A stretch of DNA of 64,000 nt from Candidatus Oxydemutatoraceae bacterium (lineage in GTDB: Bacteria; Pseudomonadota; Gammaproteobacteria; Poriferisulfidales; Oxydemutatoraceae): NCBI GenBank assembly GCA_965218975.1, contig OZ244717.1, forward strand, positions 1,408,001 through 1,472,000, read 5' to 3'. Of this stretch, positions 29,397-38,604 are shown piece by piece. Under the pieces are notes generated by a model. The model worked only from the letters and a program-made list of their open reading frames with translations, made no database searches and was not told the DNA's origin. Made by a program: the position numbers and the translations under genes. The first letter of the stretch is position 1. Each line of letters opens with the position of its first letter.

Positions 29397-31706
29397 ATGA
29401 AAAAATTTAGCTGCCTTGCCGCAGTAGTTTTACTAATTTTTGCCTCATTACAAGTCTCTGCCTTCATCATTGAAGACATTGAAGTCAAAGGGCTTAAGCG
29501 TGTTTCTCCCGGCCGGGTTTTTTCAATTTTGCCATTACGAGTTTATCAAGATTTCAATGTAGATCATTCCGAAGACATTATCCAAACGCTGTACGCTACC
29601 GGCTTGTTTGACGATGTGACTTTACGACGGCATAACAATGAATTAGTCATTGAAGTAATTGAGCGTCCCGGGATCAAAGGTATCAATATTGTCGGAAATG
29701 AAACAATTGACGACGAACAACTGCTTGCCGGATTAGGAAAAGCAAATATTGCAGTCGGTTTGGTGTTTGATCGTTTGGCGCTTGAGCGATTGCGTAACGA
29801 ACTGAAAGAACAGTATTACGCAATCGGCAAATATGCCGCTCGTGTAAATACCAATATTGATGAGTTAGGCGATAATCAAGTTAATATCAGTGTCGATATC
29901 AATGAAGGTGAAATTGCGACAATTAAAAAGATCCGCATCATGGGCAATACTAAAATATCGGATAAGGAATTGTTGAAACAGTTTCAATCCGGGACGACAC
30001 GATGGTACGAATTTTGGAGCAGCAAGAACCATTACGCGCGCTCCAAGCTAATGGCTGATCTTGAAACCATGAATAATTTTTATCGAGACATCGGCTATCT
30101 TAATTTTGAAGTGGCCGAAATCAATGTTTCATTGAGTCCTGATAAGAAGGATATTTCTATTGATATTACAGTGCGTGAAGGAGGGCGTTATAGAGTTGGG
30201 GACATCGCTATTGCTGGGGAATTCAAGCTTGATCGCGAGAAAATTCAGGACCTAATTAGCCTAAAAAAGGGAGAAATTTTCTCACGCAGTAAAGCAGTGC
30301 GATCAAGCGAAGCAATTCGGCATCTATTACGTAATAACGGTTACGCATTTTCCGAAGTGAATCTTATGCCGCAGATACGGGAAGAAGAGGGCGCCGTTGA
30401 TGTTGCTTTTATCATAATACCTAAACAAGAGACGTATGTGCGCAGGATTAATATTACCGGGAATGAAGATACCAACGATGAAGTTTTTCGCCGTGAAATG
30501 AGGCAGTTAGAAGGCGCAAAATTTTCTGCAAGCAAAATTGAAAAGTCGCGTCGTCGGCTACAACGTCTGCCGTATGTGCAATCAGCGGAAATTTCCGATC
30601 ATCCGATTGAAGGTGTGAATAATCAAGTTGATTTGGATGTGAAAGTAGCCGAGAGGTTTTCCGGAAACTTTAATATCGGTGCGGGCTACTCTGATAGCTC
30701 CGGCGCGGTTTTATCGTTTTCGCTGAACCAAGAAAACTTTCTCGGTAGCGGTAATCGGATAAGTTTTACTTTTCGCAATAATGATTCCGATACCAGCTAT
30801 GCCATTGGGTTCTTGGATCCGTATTATAAATTGAGCGGAATCAGTAGATCGTGGCATGCCTCTTATCGTTCGGTAGACTATGAGCAACGCGAGATTACTA
30901 ATCTACTCTCATCGAAATCCGATGAATTACGCTTAAGGCTAAATTACGGCATCCCCATTTCGGAAAATGATGTGTTCGGAATCGGCGGACAAATTGAAGA
31001 CATCTCAATCACATTAAGCGAGGGCAGCAATCAAACAAACGATGTTAATCGGCGGGAAATCATTAATTGTATCGAAAAAAATGATGGCGAGTTCACCAAT
31101 TTCAGGTTGAATGGCAACATTAATTACGACACCAGAGATCGCGCCACTTTTACCACCGAAGGGACGAGGATTTCAGTATCGACGGAGCTGTACACGCCGC
31201 TAGGCGATTCCAATTACTTTAAAACGGACTACTCTCATCGGCATTATTTTCCGCTTGACGAAGAGAAAGATTTTGTATTATCGGCGCATGGCAATATATC
31301 GTATGCGCGCGCCTATAATAGTAGCTGTATTCCGTTTTTTGACAAGTACTATGCCGGCGGCGCCCGCACGATCCGCGGCTATGCCAACAACTCATTGGGA
31401 CCTCTTGATGATGACGGTGATAGCGTCGGCGGCAATTTTAGAGTGATCGGCAACTTTGATTTGTACTTTCCGACGGATTTCCTGTATGATAAGAGACGGT
31501 TTAGAACTAGTATTTTCGCCGATTTGGGGAATGCTTTCAGAAATGCGGAAGAATTTGAAACAAGCGAATTACGTGGCGCATTCGGACTGCAAGTACAATG
31601 GCTAACAGGGATTGGTGGAATTACTTTTAACTTTGCTTCGCATCTGAATGATCAGTCAGAAGACGATACGGAATCATTTCAATTCGAGCTGGGCACAAAC
31701 TTTTAA
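29397..31706 (+). CDS. bamA: Outer membrane protein assembly factor BamA
   Basis: Signal peptide, POTRA repeats, RREMRQ.EG, NFLGSG, IRGY loop-6 motif, C-terminal FQFELGTNF. Confidence 0.97.
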   Translation: MKKFSCLAAVVLLIFASLQVSAFIIEDIEVKGLKRVSPGRVFSILPLRVYQDFNVDHSEDIIQTLYATGLFDDVTLRRHNNELVIEVIERPGIKGINIVGNETIDDEQLLAGLGKANIAVGLVFDRLALERLRNELKEQYYAIGKYAARVNTNIDELGDNQVNISVDINEGEIATIKKIRIMGNTKISDKELLKQFQSGTTRWYEFWSSKNHYARSKLMADLETMNNFYRDIGYLNFEVAEINVSLSPDKKDISIDITVREGGRYRVGDIAIAGEFKLDREKIQDLISLKKGEIFSRSKAVRSSEAIRHLLRNNGYAFSEVNLMPQIREEEGAVDVAFIIIPKQETYVRRINITGNEDTNDEVFRREMRQLEGAKFSASKIEKSRRRLQRLPYVQSAEISDHPIEGVNNQVDLDVKVAERFSGNFNIGAGYSDSSGAVLSFSLNQENFLGSGNRISFTFRNNDSDTSYAIGFLDPYYKLSGISRSWHASYRSVDYEQREITNLLSSKSDELRLRLNYGIPISENDVFGIGGQIEDISITLSEGSNQTNDVNRREIINCIEKNDGEFTNFRLNGNINYDTRDRATFTTEGTRISVSTELYTPLGDSNYFKTDYSHRHYFPLDEEKDFVLSAHGNISYARAYNSSCIPFFDKYYAGGARTIRGYANNSLGPLDDDGDSVGGNFRVIGNFDLYFPTDFLYDKRRFRTSIFADLGNAFRNAEEFETSELRGAFGLQVQWLTGIGGITFNFASHLNDQSEDDTESFQFELGTNF

Positions 31707-31719
31707 GGAAATAATAAAG

Positions 31720-32268
31720 ATGAATCATAAACAATTTATTCTTGCTTATGTTCGGCTGACAATTGTTGCGTCTGCTATTGCGGTTTCATTCATCATGTCC
31801 GGTGCAGTTTTTTCTCAGACTCCCCCGGTTGGTTTCGTTAATATTCCAAAGATTATGGAAGATTCTCCGCAAGCAAAAGCGGCGCAAAAACGTTTACAGA
31901 ATGAATTTTCAGATACACGCGATGAGTTGAACGCTTGTCGCGAGGGAGTAGGGCGATTAGACAATAAATTGCGCAGTGAAGGCAAGGATATGGACACAGA
32001 TCGACGTGAAAGGATGATTGAGACGATCACTCGTAAACAACGCGAGTGCAGTGAAATTCAAAATGATTTGCAAAGTAAGTTTAACAAGCGCCGCAGTGAG
32101 GAATTGAATCAGCTTCAAAAACTGATTTCTCAAGTAATTCGACAGATTGCGGAAAGTAAGGCAATTGATTTAATTGTCGGGCCTCCGGCGGTTTTATATA
32201 AAAGTGAGCAGATCGATTTAACCGAGGCGGTATTAAAAGCACTGGAACCGGATCAAAAATTGCAATAA
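31720..32268 (+). CDS. skp: Periplasmic chaperone Skp/OmpH
   Basis: VGFVN, SPQAKAAQKRLQNEF, IDLTEAVLKAL; between bamA and lpxD. Confidence 0.92.
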   Translation: MNHKQFILAYVRLTIVASAIAVSFIMSGAVFSQTPPVGFVNIPKIMEDSPQAKAAQKRLQNEFSDTRDELNACREGVGRLDNKLRSEGKDMDTDRRERMIETITRKQRECSEIQNDLQSKFNKRRSEELNQLQKLISQVIRQIAESKAIDLIVGPPAVLYKSEQIDLTEAVLKALEPDQKLQ

Positions 32269-33305
32269 TGCCTGAGTATCCGTTATCAAAGTTAGCTGAG
32301 TTCGCGCAAACAAAGCTGCGAGGCAACCCGGATATAAAAATCAATAATGTGGGTAGTTTGCCGACAGCAAAATCCGGACAAATAACATTCTTTTCCGATC
32401 TGCGCTATTCAAAATGGTTAAAGAATACTCCCGCATCGGCAGTCATTTTGAAAGCCGAAGATCATCACCAAGTGATGAAAAAGCCGGTATTGATTACTGC
32501 TGATCCGTATCTGGCATTTGCTCGTGTTGCCACACTGTTTTCCATTGAACCACAAGCTGCTGTCGGTATTGATCCGAGTGCAACAATTGCGGCGAACTGC
32601 AAGATTGGCGAACAAGTTGCGATTGCTGCGGGTGTGCATCTCGGTGAGAACGTTACGATAGGCGAACGTACCGCGGTAGGAGCGAATTGTACAATCGGTG
32701 CAAATTCGGTTATCGGTGCCGATTGCAAGCTGCATGCGAACGTATCCGTCGCACATCATGTACGGTTGGGTAACCGAGTGGTAGTTCATTCAGGCGCGGT
32801 TATCGGCGCCGACGGTTTTGGGATCACACAAGATGAAAATCAACGATGGATTAAAATGCCTCAATGCGGCAGCGTTGTTTTACATGACGACGTTGAAGTT
32901 GGGGCAAATACGACGATTGATCGTGGTACAGTGGAAGATACCGTGCTCGAACAGGATGTTCAAATCGATAACCTCGTACAAATTGCTCATAATGTGAGGA
33001 TCGGACGGCATACTGCCATTGCCGGATGCAGCGGGATTGCCGGTAGCGCTAAAATTGGAAAAAATTGTTTAATTGGCGGCGGTTCCAAAATTAACGGACA
33101 CATTGAAATTTGTGATCGGGCGATCATTGCCGGCGGATCAATCGTCTTACAATCTGTCATAACTCCCGGCAAGCACACTGAATGGAATCTTCATTTAATG
33201 GTCAATCAAAAACTGAGGAAGCAGCAGCACCAATTAATTAAGCTGAAGAAGCATTTGCAATATTTGGAAGAGATTGTCAAGCATCAGGATAAAAGACAAT
33301 CATGA
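32268..33305 (+). CDS. lpxD: UDP-3-O-acylglucosamine N-acyltransferase
   Basis: DPYLAFA, hexapeptide repeats, IGADGFG, GANTTIDRG, DNLVQIAHNV. Confidence 0.97.
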   Translation: MPEYPLSKLAEFAQTKLRGNPDIKINNVGSLPTAKSGQITFFSDLRYSKWLKNTPASAVILKAEDHHQVMKKPVLITADPYLAFARVATLFSIEPQAAVGIDPSATIAANCKIGEQVAIAAGVHLGENVTIGERTAVGANCTIGANSVIGADCKLHANVSVAHHVRLGNRVVVHSGAVIGADGFGITQDENQRWIKMPQCGSVVLHDDVEVGANTTIDRGTVEDTVLEQDVQIDNLVQIAHNVRIGRHTAIAGCSGIAGSAKIGKNCLIGGGSKINGHIEICDRAIIAGGSIVLQSVITPGKHTEWNLHLMVNQKLRKQQHQLIKLKKHLQYLEEIVKHQDKRQS

Positions 33306-33775
33306 TGGATATCAATGAAATTTTACGTGTGATGCCACATCATTATCCGATTTTACTAGTGGACCGGGTACTTGAAATCAATCCGGGGCGTTCAATTAAA
33401 GCGCTAAAAAATGTTACGTATAACGAATACTTTTTCCCCGGTCACTTTCCCGAGAAGCCGATTATGCCCGGAGTTTTAGTGCTGGAAGCATTAGCGCAGT
33501 CATGTTGTTTGCTGGTCGCGCAATATCCGCAATATCGCACGATAATGGAACGGGGCGGGTTGTTATTGTTTACTCGCATCAATAATGCGCGGTTCAAACA
33601 CCCGGTGGTGCCTGGCGATACTTTATTGCTAAATGGAGAAATTTTAAGATCAAGACTATCCGGTAGTAAGTCGTACGCAAAATTTCAAACGCAGGCTTTT
33701 GTCGGCGATAAGTTGAATACTTCAGCTGAGTTACATTTGATGATTCGTTCCACTTCCGATGGCGCAGACACATAA
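33302..33775 (+). CDS. fabZ: 3-hydroxyacyl-ACP dehydratase
   Basis: PHHYPILLVDRV, KNVTYNE.FF.GHFP..PIMPGVL..EALAQ, VVPGD. Confidence 0.97.
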   Translation: MMDINEILRVMPHHYPILLVDRVLEINPGRSIKALKNVTYNEYFFPGHFPEKPIMPGVLVLEALAQSCCLLVAQYPQYRTIMERGGLLLFTRINNARFKHPVVPGDTLLLNGEILRSRLSGSKSYAKFQTQAFVGDKLNTSAELHLMIRSTSDGADT

Positions 33776-34544
33776 AACTGCCCAAATCTCCTCGCAAGCG
33801 GAAATTGCCGAAGATGTGACGATAGGCGCATATAGCATTATCGGAGCGGATGCTGTTATTGGCGCAAGGAGTCGCATTGCTCCTCATGTTGTCATTCATG
33901 GAAACACCCATATCGGACAGAACAACCAAATCTTTCAGTTTGCCTCGGTAGGCGATATTCCCCAAGACAAAAAGTATCGCGAAGGTGAGAAAACCTTTTT
34001 GAAAATCGGCGACAACAACAGCATTCGCGAATTTTGCTCAATTAATGCCGGCACTACCCCCGGTACTTCCATAGGTGACAGCAATTTACTGATGGCGTAT
34101 GTTCACATTGCGCATGATTGTGTGATCGGTAACGGAACTATATTTGTAAATAATGCGACGCTTGGCGGACATGTGCAAGTTGATGACTATGCGGTTGTCG
34201 GTGCTGCGGTGAAGGTCCATCAGTTCTGCCGGATTGGGGAGTATGCTTTCAGCCGGGATACGACATTGACATTGGATGTGCCTCCGTATCTCATGGCTGC
34301 CAGCCATCCAGCTAGAATTTACGGGGTAAATATTATCGGTCTAAAACGTGCGGAGTTTTCTCACGAGTTGATTTCCGTATTGAAAAAATGTCACAAAAAA
34401 CTAGTCCGTAGAGAAGGGTGGAAAGAAAATGCCGTCAAAGAACTTGCCGGATATGCGGAACAGTATTCTGAAGTTCGAAAATTTATCCGGTTTATAGAAG
34501 ACAGTAAGAGAGGTATTTTACGTTCTGGCAAATCTCCTAAATAG
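33759..34544 (+). CDS. lpxA: Acyl-ACP--UDP-GlcNAc(3N) acyltransferase
   Basis: PQDKKY, YVHIAHDC, LGGHV, VHQFC, DVPPY, GVNIIGLKR. Confidence 0.97.
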   Translation: MAQTHKTAQISSQAEIAEDVTIGAYSIIGADAVIGARSRIAPHVVIHGNTHIGQNNQIFQFASVGDIPQDKKYREGEKTFLKIGDNNSIREFCSINAGTTPGTSIGDSNLLMAYVHIAHDCVIGNGTIFVNNATLGGHVQVDDYAVVGAAVKVHQFCRIGEYAFSRDTTLTLDVPPYLMAASHPARIYGVNIIGLKRAEFSHELISVLKKCHKKLVRREGWKENAVKELAGYAEQYSEVRKFIRFIEDSKRGILRSGKSPK

Positions 34545-34548
34545 ACGA

Positions 34549-34582
34549 CGAATCCGGCGGATTCGGATTGTTTGATTGTGTT
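34549..34582 (+). terminator. Putative intrinsic terminator after lpxA
   Basis: CGAATCC-GGC-GGATTCG hairpin 4 nt after the lpxA stop, followed by a T-rich but imperfect tail. Confidence 0.45.
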
Positions 34583-34706
34583 CTAATATATAGCAGCTAC
34601 AAATTCGGCAGGTACGCGGCAGAAAGCCATCAAATAAAGCCCGGCGGCTACATAACGATTATCGTGTATGCCTGCGATGATAGAATTAATATGCTAGGCA
34701 GCGCAT

Positions 34707-35864
34707 CTAGCTAATGCTCATCATTCGATGAACTGATGCGGCAATTCGCTTGGAAACACCATTTCCACCTAATTGTTTTTCTATGTCTGCAAAGCGATTA
34801 CGCATGGCATTCCACTGTTTGGGGTGTTCCAGTAGTGCATAGGTTTCGCGGCTGATTGATTCCGGTGTCAAGTTCCATTGGATGAGCTCGGGAACAAGCG
34901 GCTGGTTCAAAATAATATTCGGCAAGCTGATAAAGTTAGTTTTAACAAGCATTTTCAGCAAAAAATAAGTGAAAATTCCGAGCTTATAAACGGTAACCAT
35001 CGGGACTCGGCATAATGCAAGTTGCAAAGTACTTGTGCCGGAACAAGTAATAGCTAAATCTGCGCGAGCGATTGCCGGATAAATATCGCGTATGATTTTA
35101 CAAGTAAAATCTTTTTGCGCCAGATGCTTCTTGATGTCGGTAATTTCAAGCCCGTTTGCCATCAATAAGGAAAAATGCCAATCCGGATATTTTTGACTCA
35201 TTTGTGCGGCAGCAGCGGCAATAATAGGTAAATGACGCCGTATTTCGTTTTTACGGCTACCCGGTAAAAGCAAAATATGGCGTATTTGATCCGGTTTAAG
35301 CTGCTTTTTTTGTCGATAAGGCAATAAGCCCACTTGCGTTATTTCATCAATCAACGGATGGCCATAGTAATGAGTCGGCAAACCGGTGTTTTGATAGAGC
35401 TGCTTTTCAAATGGAAGAATGACAATCATCTCGTTAACAATCCGGGCAATTTTTTTAACACGTTTACGTCGCCAAGCCCATACTTGCGGACTGATATAAA
35501 ACAATATTTTTATCCCAAGCTTACGTGCCGTTTTTGCCAAAGCTAGATTGAAATCCGGGTAATCGACTAAAATCAGTAAATTCGGTCGATTGGTTTCCAA
35601 TGCTGTTCGAAGCAGCGCAAAACTCTTACGTATACGAGGATAATGGCGGATAACCTCGAACAATCCTGTTACTGCAGTTTCTCCGGCATCCACCAACAGC
35701 TGAATATCAGCAGCTTGCATTGCCGACATTCCCATTCCGATGTAACAATCATTTGGACGCTTTTTCTTTAGTTCGGTAACTAGTTGAGCGGCGTATTGAT
35801 CGCCGGATGCTTCGCCGGCGACCAGCATTACCGTGCGGATAGGCTTATTGTTTACAGGCATCAA
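34707..35864 (-). CDS. lpxB: Lipid-A-disaccharide synthase
   Basis: VAGEASGD, VDYPDFN, YISPQVWAWR, ILPFE, GHPL, LPGSRKNE, SGT.TL, SLPNII. Confidence 0.97.
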   Translation of the reverse strand: MMPVNNKPIRTVMLVAGEASGDQYAAQLVTELKKKRPNDCYIGMGMSAMQAADIQLLVDAGETAVTGLFEVIRHYPRIRKSFALLRTALETNRPNLLILVDYPDFNLALAKTARKLGIKILFYISPQVWAWRRKRVKKIARIVNEMIVILPFEKQLYQNTGLPTHYYGHPLIDEITQVGLLPYRQKKQLKPDQIRHILLLPGSRKNEIRRHLPIIAAAAAQMSQKYPDWHFSLLMANGLEITDIKKHLAQKDFTCKIIRDIYPAIARADLAITCSGTSTLQLALCRVPMVTVYKLGIFTYFLLKMLVKTNFISLPNIILNQPLVPELIQWNLTPESISRETYALLEHPKQWNAMRNRFADIEKQLGGNGVSKRIAASVHRMMSIS

Positions 35865-36966
35865 TTAAAATTTGTGCGACATCGTCAACGTCGCGCTCAG
35901 GCATCTCTGGGAATAGAGGCAAAGATAAGCATACTTTTGCGGCGGACAGTGCATGCGGATAAGACCGCTTGATATTTTGACACCAACCGGAAAATGCCAT
36001 CTGATCGGGGAGTATGCGCGGGTAATAAATGCAGCTTTCAATGCCATGATTGAAAAGATAAGCCCGAATTTTTTCGCGTTGCGGTACGCGTATAGTATAT
36101 TGGTTATAAACATGCTCACATTCCGGCATGGTTTTAGGTACTGTGATAGTTGTCAGTGGCGACAAAAGCTGGTGGTAGCGACGTGCCAGACGTTGTCGTC
36201 GGGCATTTAGTTCGTCGAGATATTTAAGTTTGACACGCAAGATTGCTGCTTGCAGTTCATCAAGACGACTGTTATAGCCAATAACGCGATGATCATATTT
36301 GCCGGCGTCGCCATGATTGCGCAGTAGGCATAGATTCTCTGCCCATTGCGAATCATTTAAAGTGATCATACCGCCGTCGCCGTAAGCAGAGAGATTTTTG
36401 GTCGGATAAAAGCTATGGCATCCTACATCCGCAATACTGCCAACAGTCTTATCTTGATAACGTGCGCCGAAAGCTTGAGCGCAATCTTCAATCAAAAACA
36501 AATGATTGTCTCGGCATAATTCTTGCAGTTCATCCATTGCGGCGGGATGACCAAATAAATGTACCGCAATGACTGCTTTGGTCTTGGCAGATATTCTTTC
36601 GGCAACGGAAGCGGGGGATAGGTTAAAACTTATCGAGTCAATATCGGCAAATATTGGAACGGCGCCGGTATATGCAATCGCTTCGGCAGTCGCGGCAAAA
36701 GTAAAAGCGCTGGTAATAACTTCATCTTCTGACTGAATGCCGAGTGCTCTCAAGGTCAAATGCAGAGCGTCGGTACCGGATGCGCAAGCAACCGCATATT
36801 TGGTGCCGACATATCCGGCAATGTTTTTTTCACAGGCCGCAACTTGCGTACTCAGAATAAAATGTCCGCTGTCTAATACATGATCAATCGCAGTGAGAGT
36901 CTCTTCACGCAACTGTTGAATTTGCCGGCTGAGGCTAAAGGCAGAAATTTTACGGCGGCTGTTCAT
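35845..36966 (-). CDS. gnnB: DegT/DnrJ/EryC1/StrS PLP aminotransferase, probable GnnB
   Basis: ASGTDAL, VHLFG, IEDCAQ, SFYPTKNL.AYGDGG, NSRLDELQAA; sits between a Gfo/Idh/MocA gene and lpxB. Confidence 0.85.
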   Translation of the reverse strand: MNSRRKISAFSLSRQIQQLREETLTAIDHVLDSGHFILSTQVAACEKNIAGYVGTKYAVACASGTDALHLTLRALGIQSEDEVITSAFTFAATAEAIAYTGAVPIFADIDSISFNLSPASVAERISAKTKAVIAVHLFGHPAAMDELQELCRDNHLFLIEDCAQAFGARYQDKTVGSIADVGCHSFYPTKNLSAYGDGGMITLNDSQWAENLCLLRNHGDAGKYDHRVIGYNSRLDELQAAILRVKLKYLDELNARRQRLARRYHQLLSPLTTITVPKTMPECEHVYNQYTIRVPQREKIRAYLFNHGIESCIYYPRILPDQMAFSGWCQNIKRSYPHALSAAKVCLSLPLFPEMPERDVDDVAQILIDACKQ

Positions 36967-37910
36967 GATGTTTGCTTAGGCCCGATGCGGTTGATTGCGG
37001 TAGTGACCTGTATTGCCGCCGCTAATGCTTCCCGGCCTTTATTTCCGTCTACTTTTGGGGTAGCGCCGGTTTTCACGCAATGAACGAAGTGGCAGATTTC
37101 ATCTAGTAGAGCATCCGTTTGACGAAAATTGTGTTGCTCTTGGAGGATTTCCAGCGGTTTTCTGCCTTTCTTGAAGTGTTTGTAGTGCTGATTTATTAGA
37201 TCAATTGAAATATAGCTATCATTTGTAAACACTTGAAATTTCATTTCTTTTTTTAAACTTATGCGACTTACCGAAAGGTCGGCGACGTTACCGTCTTTAA
37301 ATTCCAAACGAGCGTTTGCAATGTCAGTTTCCGGAGTAAAAATCGCAATACCTTTTGCGCTGATATTACTTATCATTGATGGCACAATACTCAATACTAA
37401 ATCTAAGTCATGAATCATCAGGTCCAGAATGACGGAAGTCGTGTTGGATGATTTATGGTTGAAAGGAATCAGCCGTGAAGAACGAAGAAAACTGTGACTG
37501 ATTTCTATATCGTGTAATATCCGAACTGCCGGATTAAACTGCTCAATATGTCCGACTTGGAGTATCTTGTCATGTTGTTTAGCGATATCAATGAGCTCTT
37601 TTGCTTCTTGTAAATTTGCGGTGACCGGTTTTTCAACTAACACATTCGTGCCTTGCTGTAAGAAATCACTGGCGATAGCAAAGTGCGTATCGGTTGGTGT
37701 TACGACACTGACTAAGTCGACTTGACCAAATAATTTTCGATAATTGTCTATTGGAGCGCAAGAATATTGATCGGCGAGCTGCCGTGTGGCAGAAGCGTCT
37801 ATATCAGCGACCGCAACCAATGTACAATCTTCCAATAAGGCGTATTTTTGCGCGTGTAATTTGCCAAAATGCCCCGCACCGATCACTGCGCAGCGAAGAG
37901 GTTGTTTCAT
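36963..37910 (-). CDS. gnnA: Gfo/Idh/MocA NAD-dependent oxidoreductase, probable GnnA (UDP-GlcNAc 3-dehydrogenase)
   Basis: VIGAGHFG.LHA.KY, VTPT..H, VLVEKP, QVGHIEQFN, DLMIHDLD, DIANARLEF; overlaps gnnB, which overlaps lpxB. Confidence 0.85.
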   Translation of the reverse strand: MKQPLRCAVIGAGHFGKLHAQKYALLEDCTLVAVADIDASATRQLADQYSCAPIDNYRKLFGQVDLVSVVTPTDTHFAIASDFLQQGTNVLVEKPVTANLQEAKELIDIAKQHDKILQVGHIEQFNPAVRILHDIEISHSFLRSSRLIPFNHKSSNTTSVILDLMIHDLDLVLSIVPSMISNISAKGIAIFTPETDIANARLEFKDGNVADLSVSRISLKKEMKFQVFTNDSYISIDLINQHYKHFKKGRKPLEILQEQHNFRQTDALLDEICHFVHCVKTGATPKVDGNKGREALAAAIQVTTAINRIGPKQTS

Positions 37911-38014
37911 TATGCTTGCATTATCACGATGTTTATTTAAGGCTTGGTCTTTGTATCAAGAAATTCTGGGATAATTATATGATAATAGAAAAATCATTTT
38001 CAGATGAGTTTCCT

Positions 38015-38599
38015 ATGCGCAACTTTGACGGGAAATTAATTGCCGGAGTGGATGAAGCTGGGCGCGGTGCATTGGCAGGTCCGGTGATTGCCAGTGCGGT
38101 AGTTTCGTCGGCGAATTCTTCTTTGGAAGAATGCGATGATTCTAAACAGCTCAGTCATATACGACGTTTGGAACTAGTAGGTATAATTAAAGCTAAGGTG
38201 CGGGAGTGGGCGATCGGGCAAGCATCCGCTGAGGAAATTGATCGCTTAAATATTTTACGTGCGAGTTTGTTAGCAATGCGCCGCGCACTGGAACAGCTCG
38301 CGACTGTTCCCGATGTGGTGCTAGTTGACGGCAATCATGCACCTAATGTGTCCTTGCAAACGATTACGGTTATTGCCGGTGATGCACGCGTCAAAGTAAT
38401 TAGCGCAGCGTCAATTTTGGCAAAAGTCACTCGCGATCAAATTATGATGAATTTACACAAAAGATATCCGCTGTACCGATTTGATAAACACAAAGGTTAT
38501 CCGACTAAACAACATTTGCAGATTCTATGCGACCATGGCATTTGTGCAGCGCATCGGAAATCGTACCGTCCGGTTCGACGGAGGCAGTTATTCGGCTAA
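38015..38599 (+). CDS. rnhB: Ribonuclease HII
   Basis: AGVDEAGRGALAGPV, DSKQL, VDGN, ISAASILAKVTRD, HKGYPT, HRKSY; start ATG 38015 or 37979. Confidence 0.97.
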   Translation: MRNFDGKLIAGVDEAGRGALAGPVIASAVVSSANSSLEECDDSKQLSHIRRLELVGIIKAKVREWAIGQASAEEIDRLNILRASLLAMRRALEQLATVPDVVLVDGNHAPNVSLQTITVIAGDARVKVISAASILAKVTRDQIMMNLHKRYPLYRFDKHKGYPTKQHLQILCDHGICAAHRKSYRPVRRRQLFG

Positions 38600-38604
38600 A
38601 CGCT

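Noticed and set aside
34545-38014. Invertase-type inverted repeats at the inversion ends
   Set aside because: Only short matches (ATCGTG/CACGAT, AAATAAA/TTTATTT) expected by chance in AT-rich DNA
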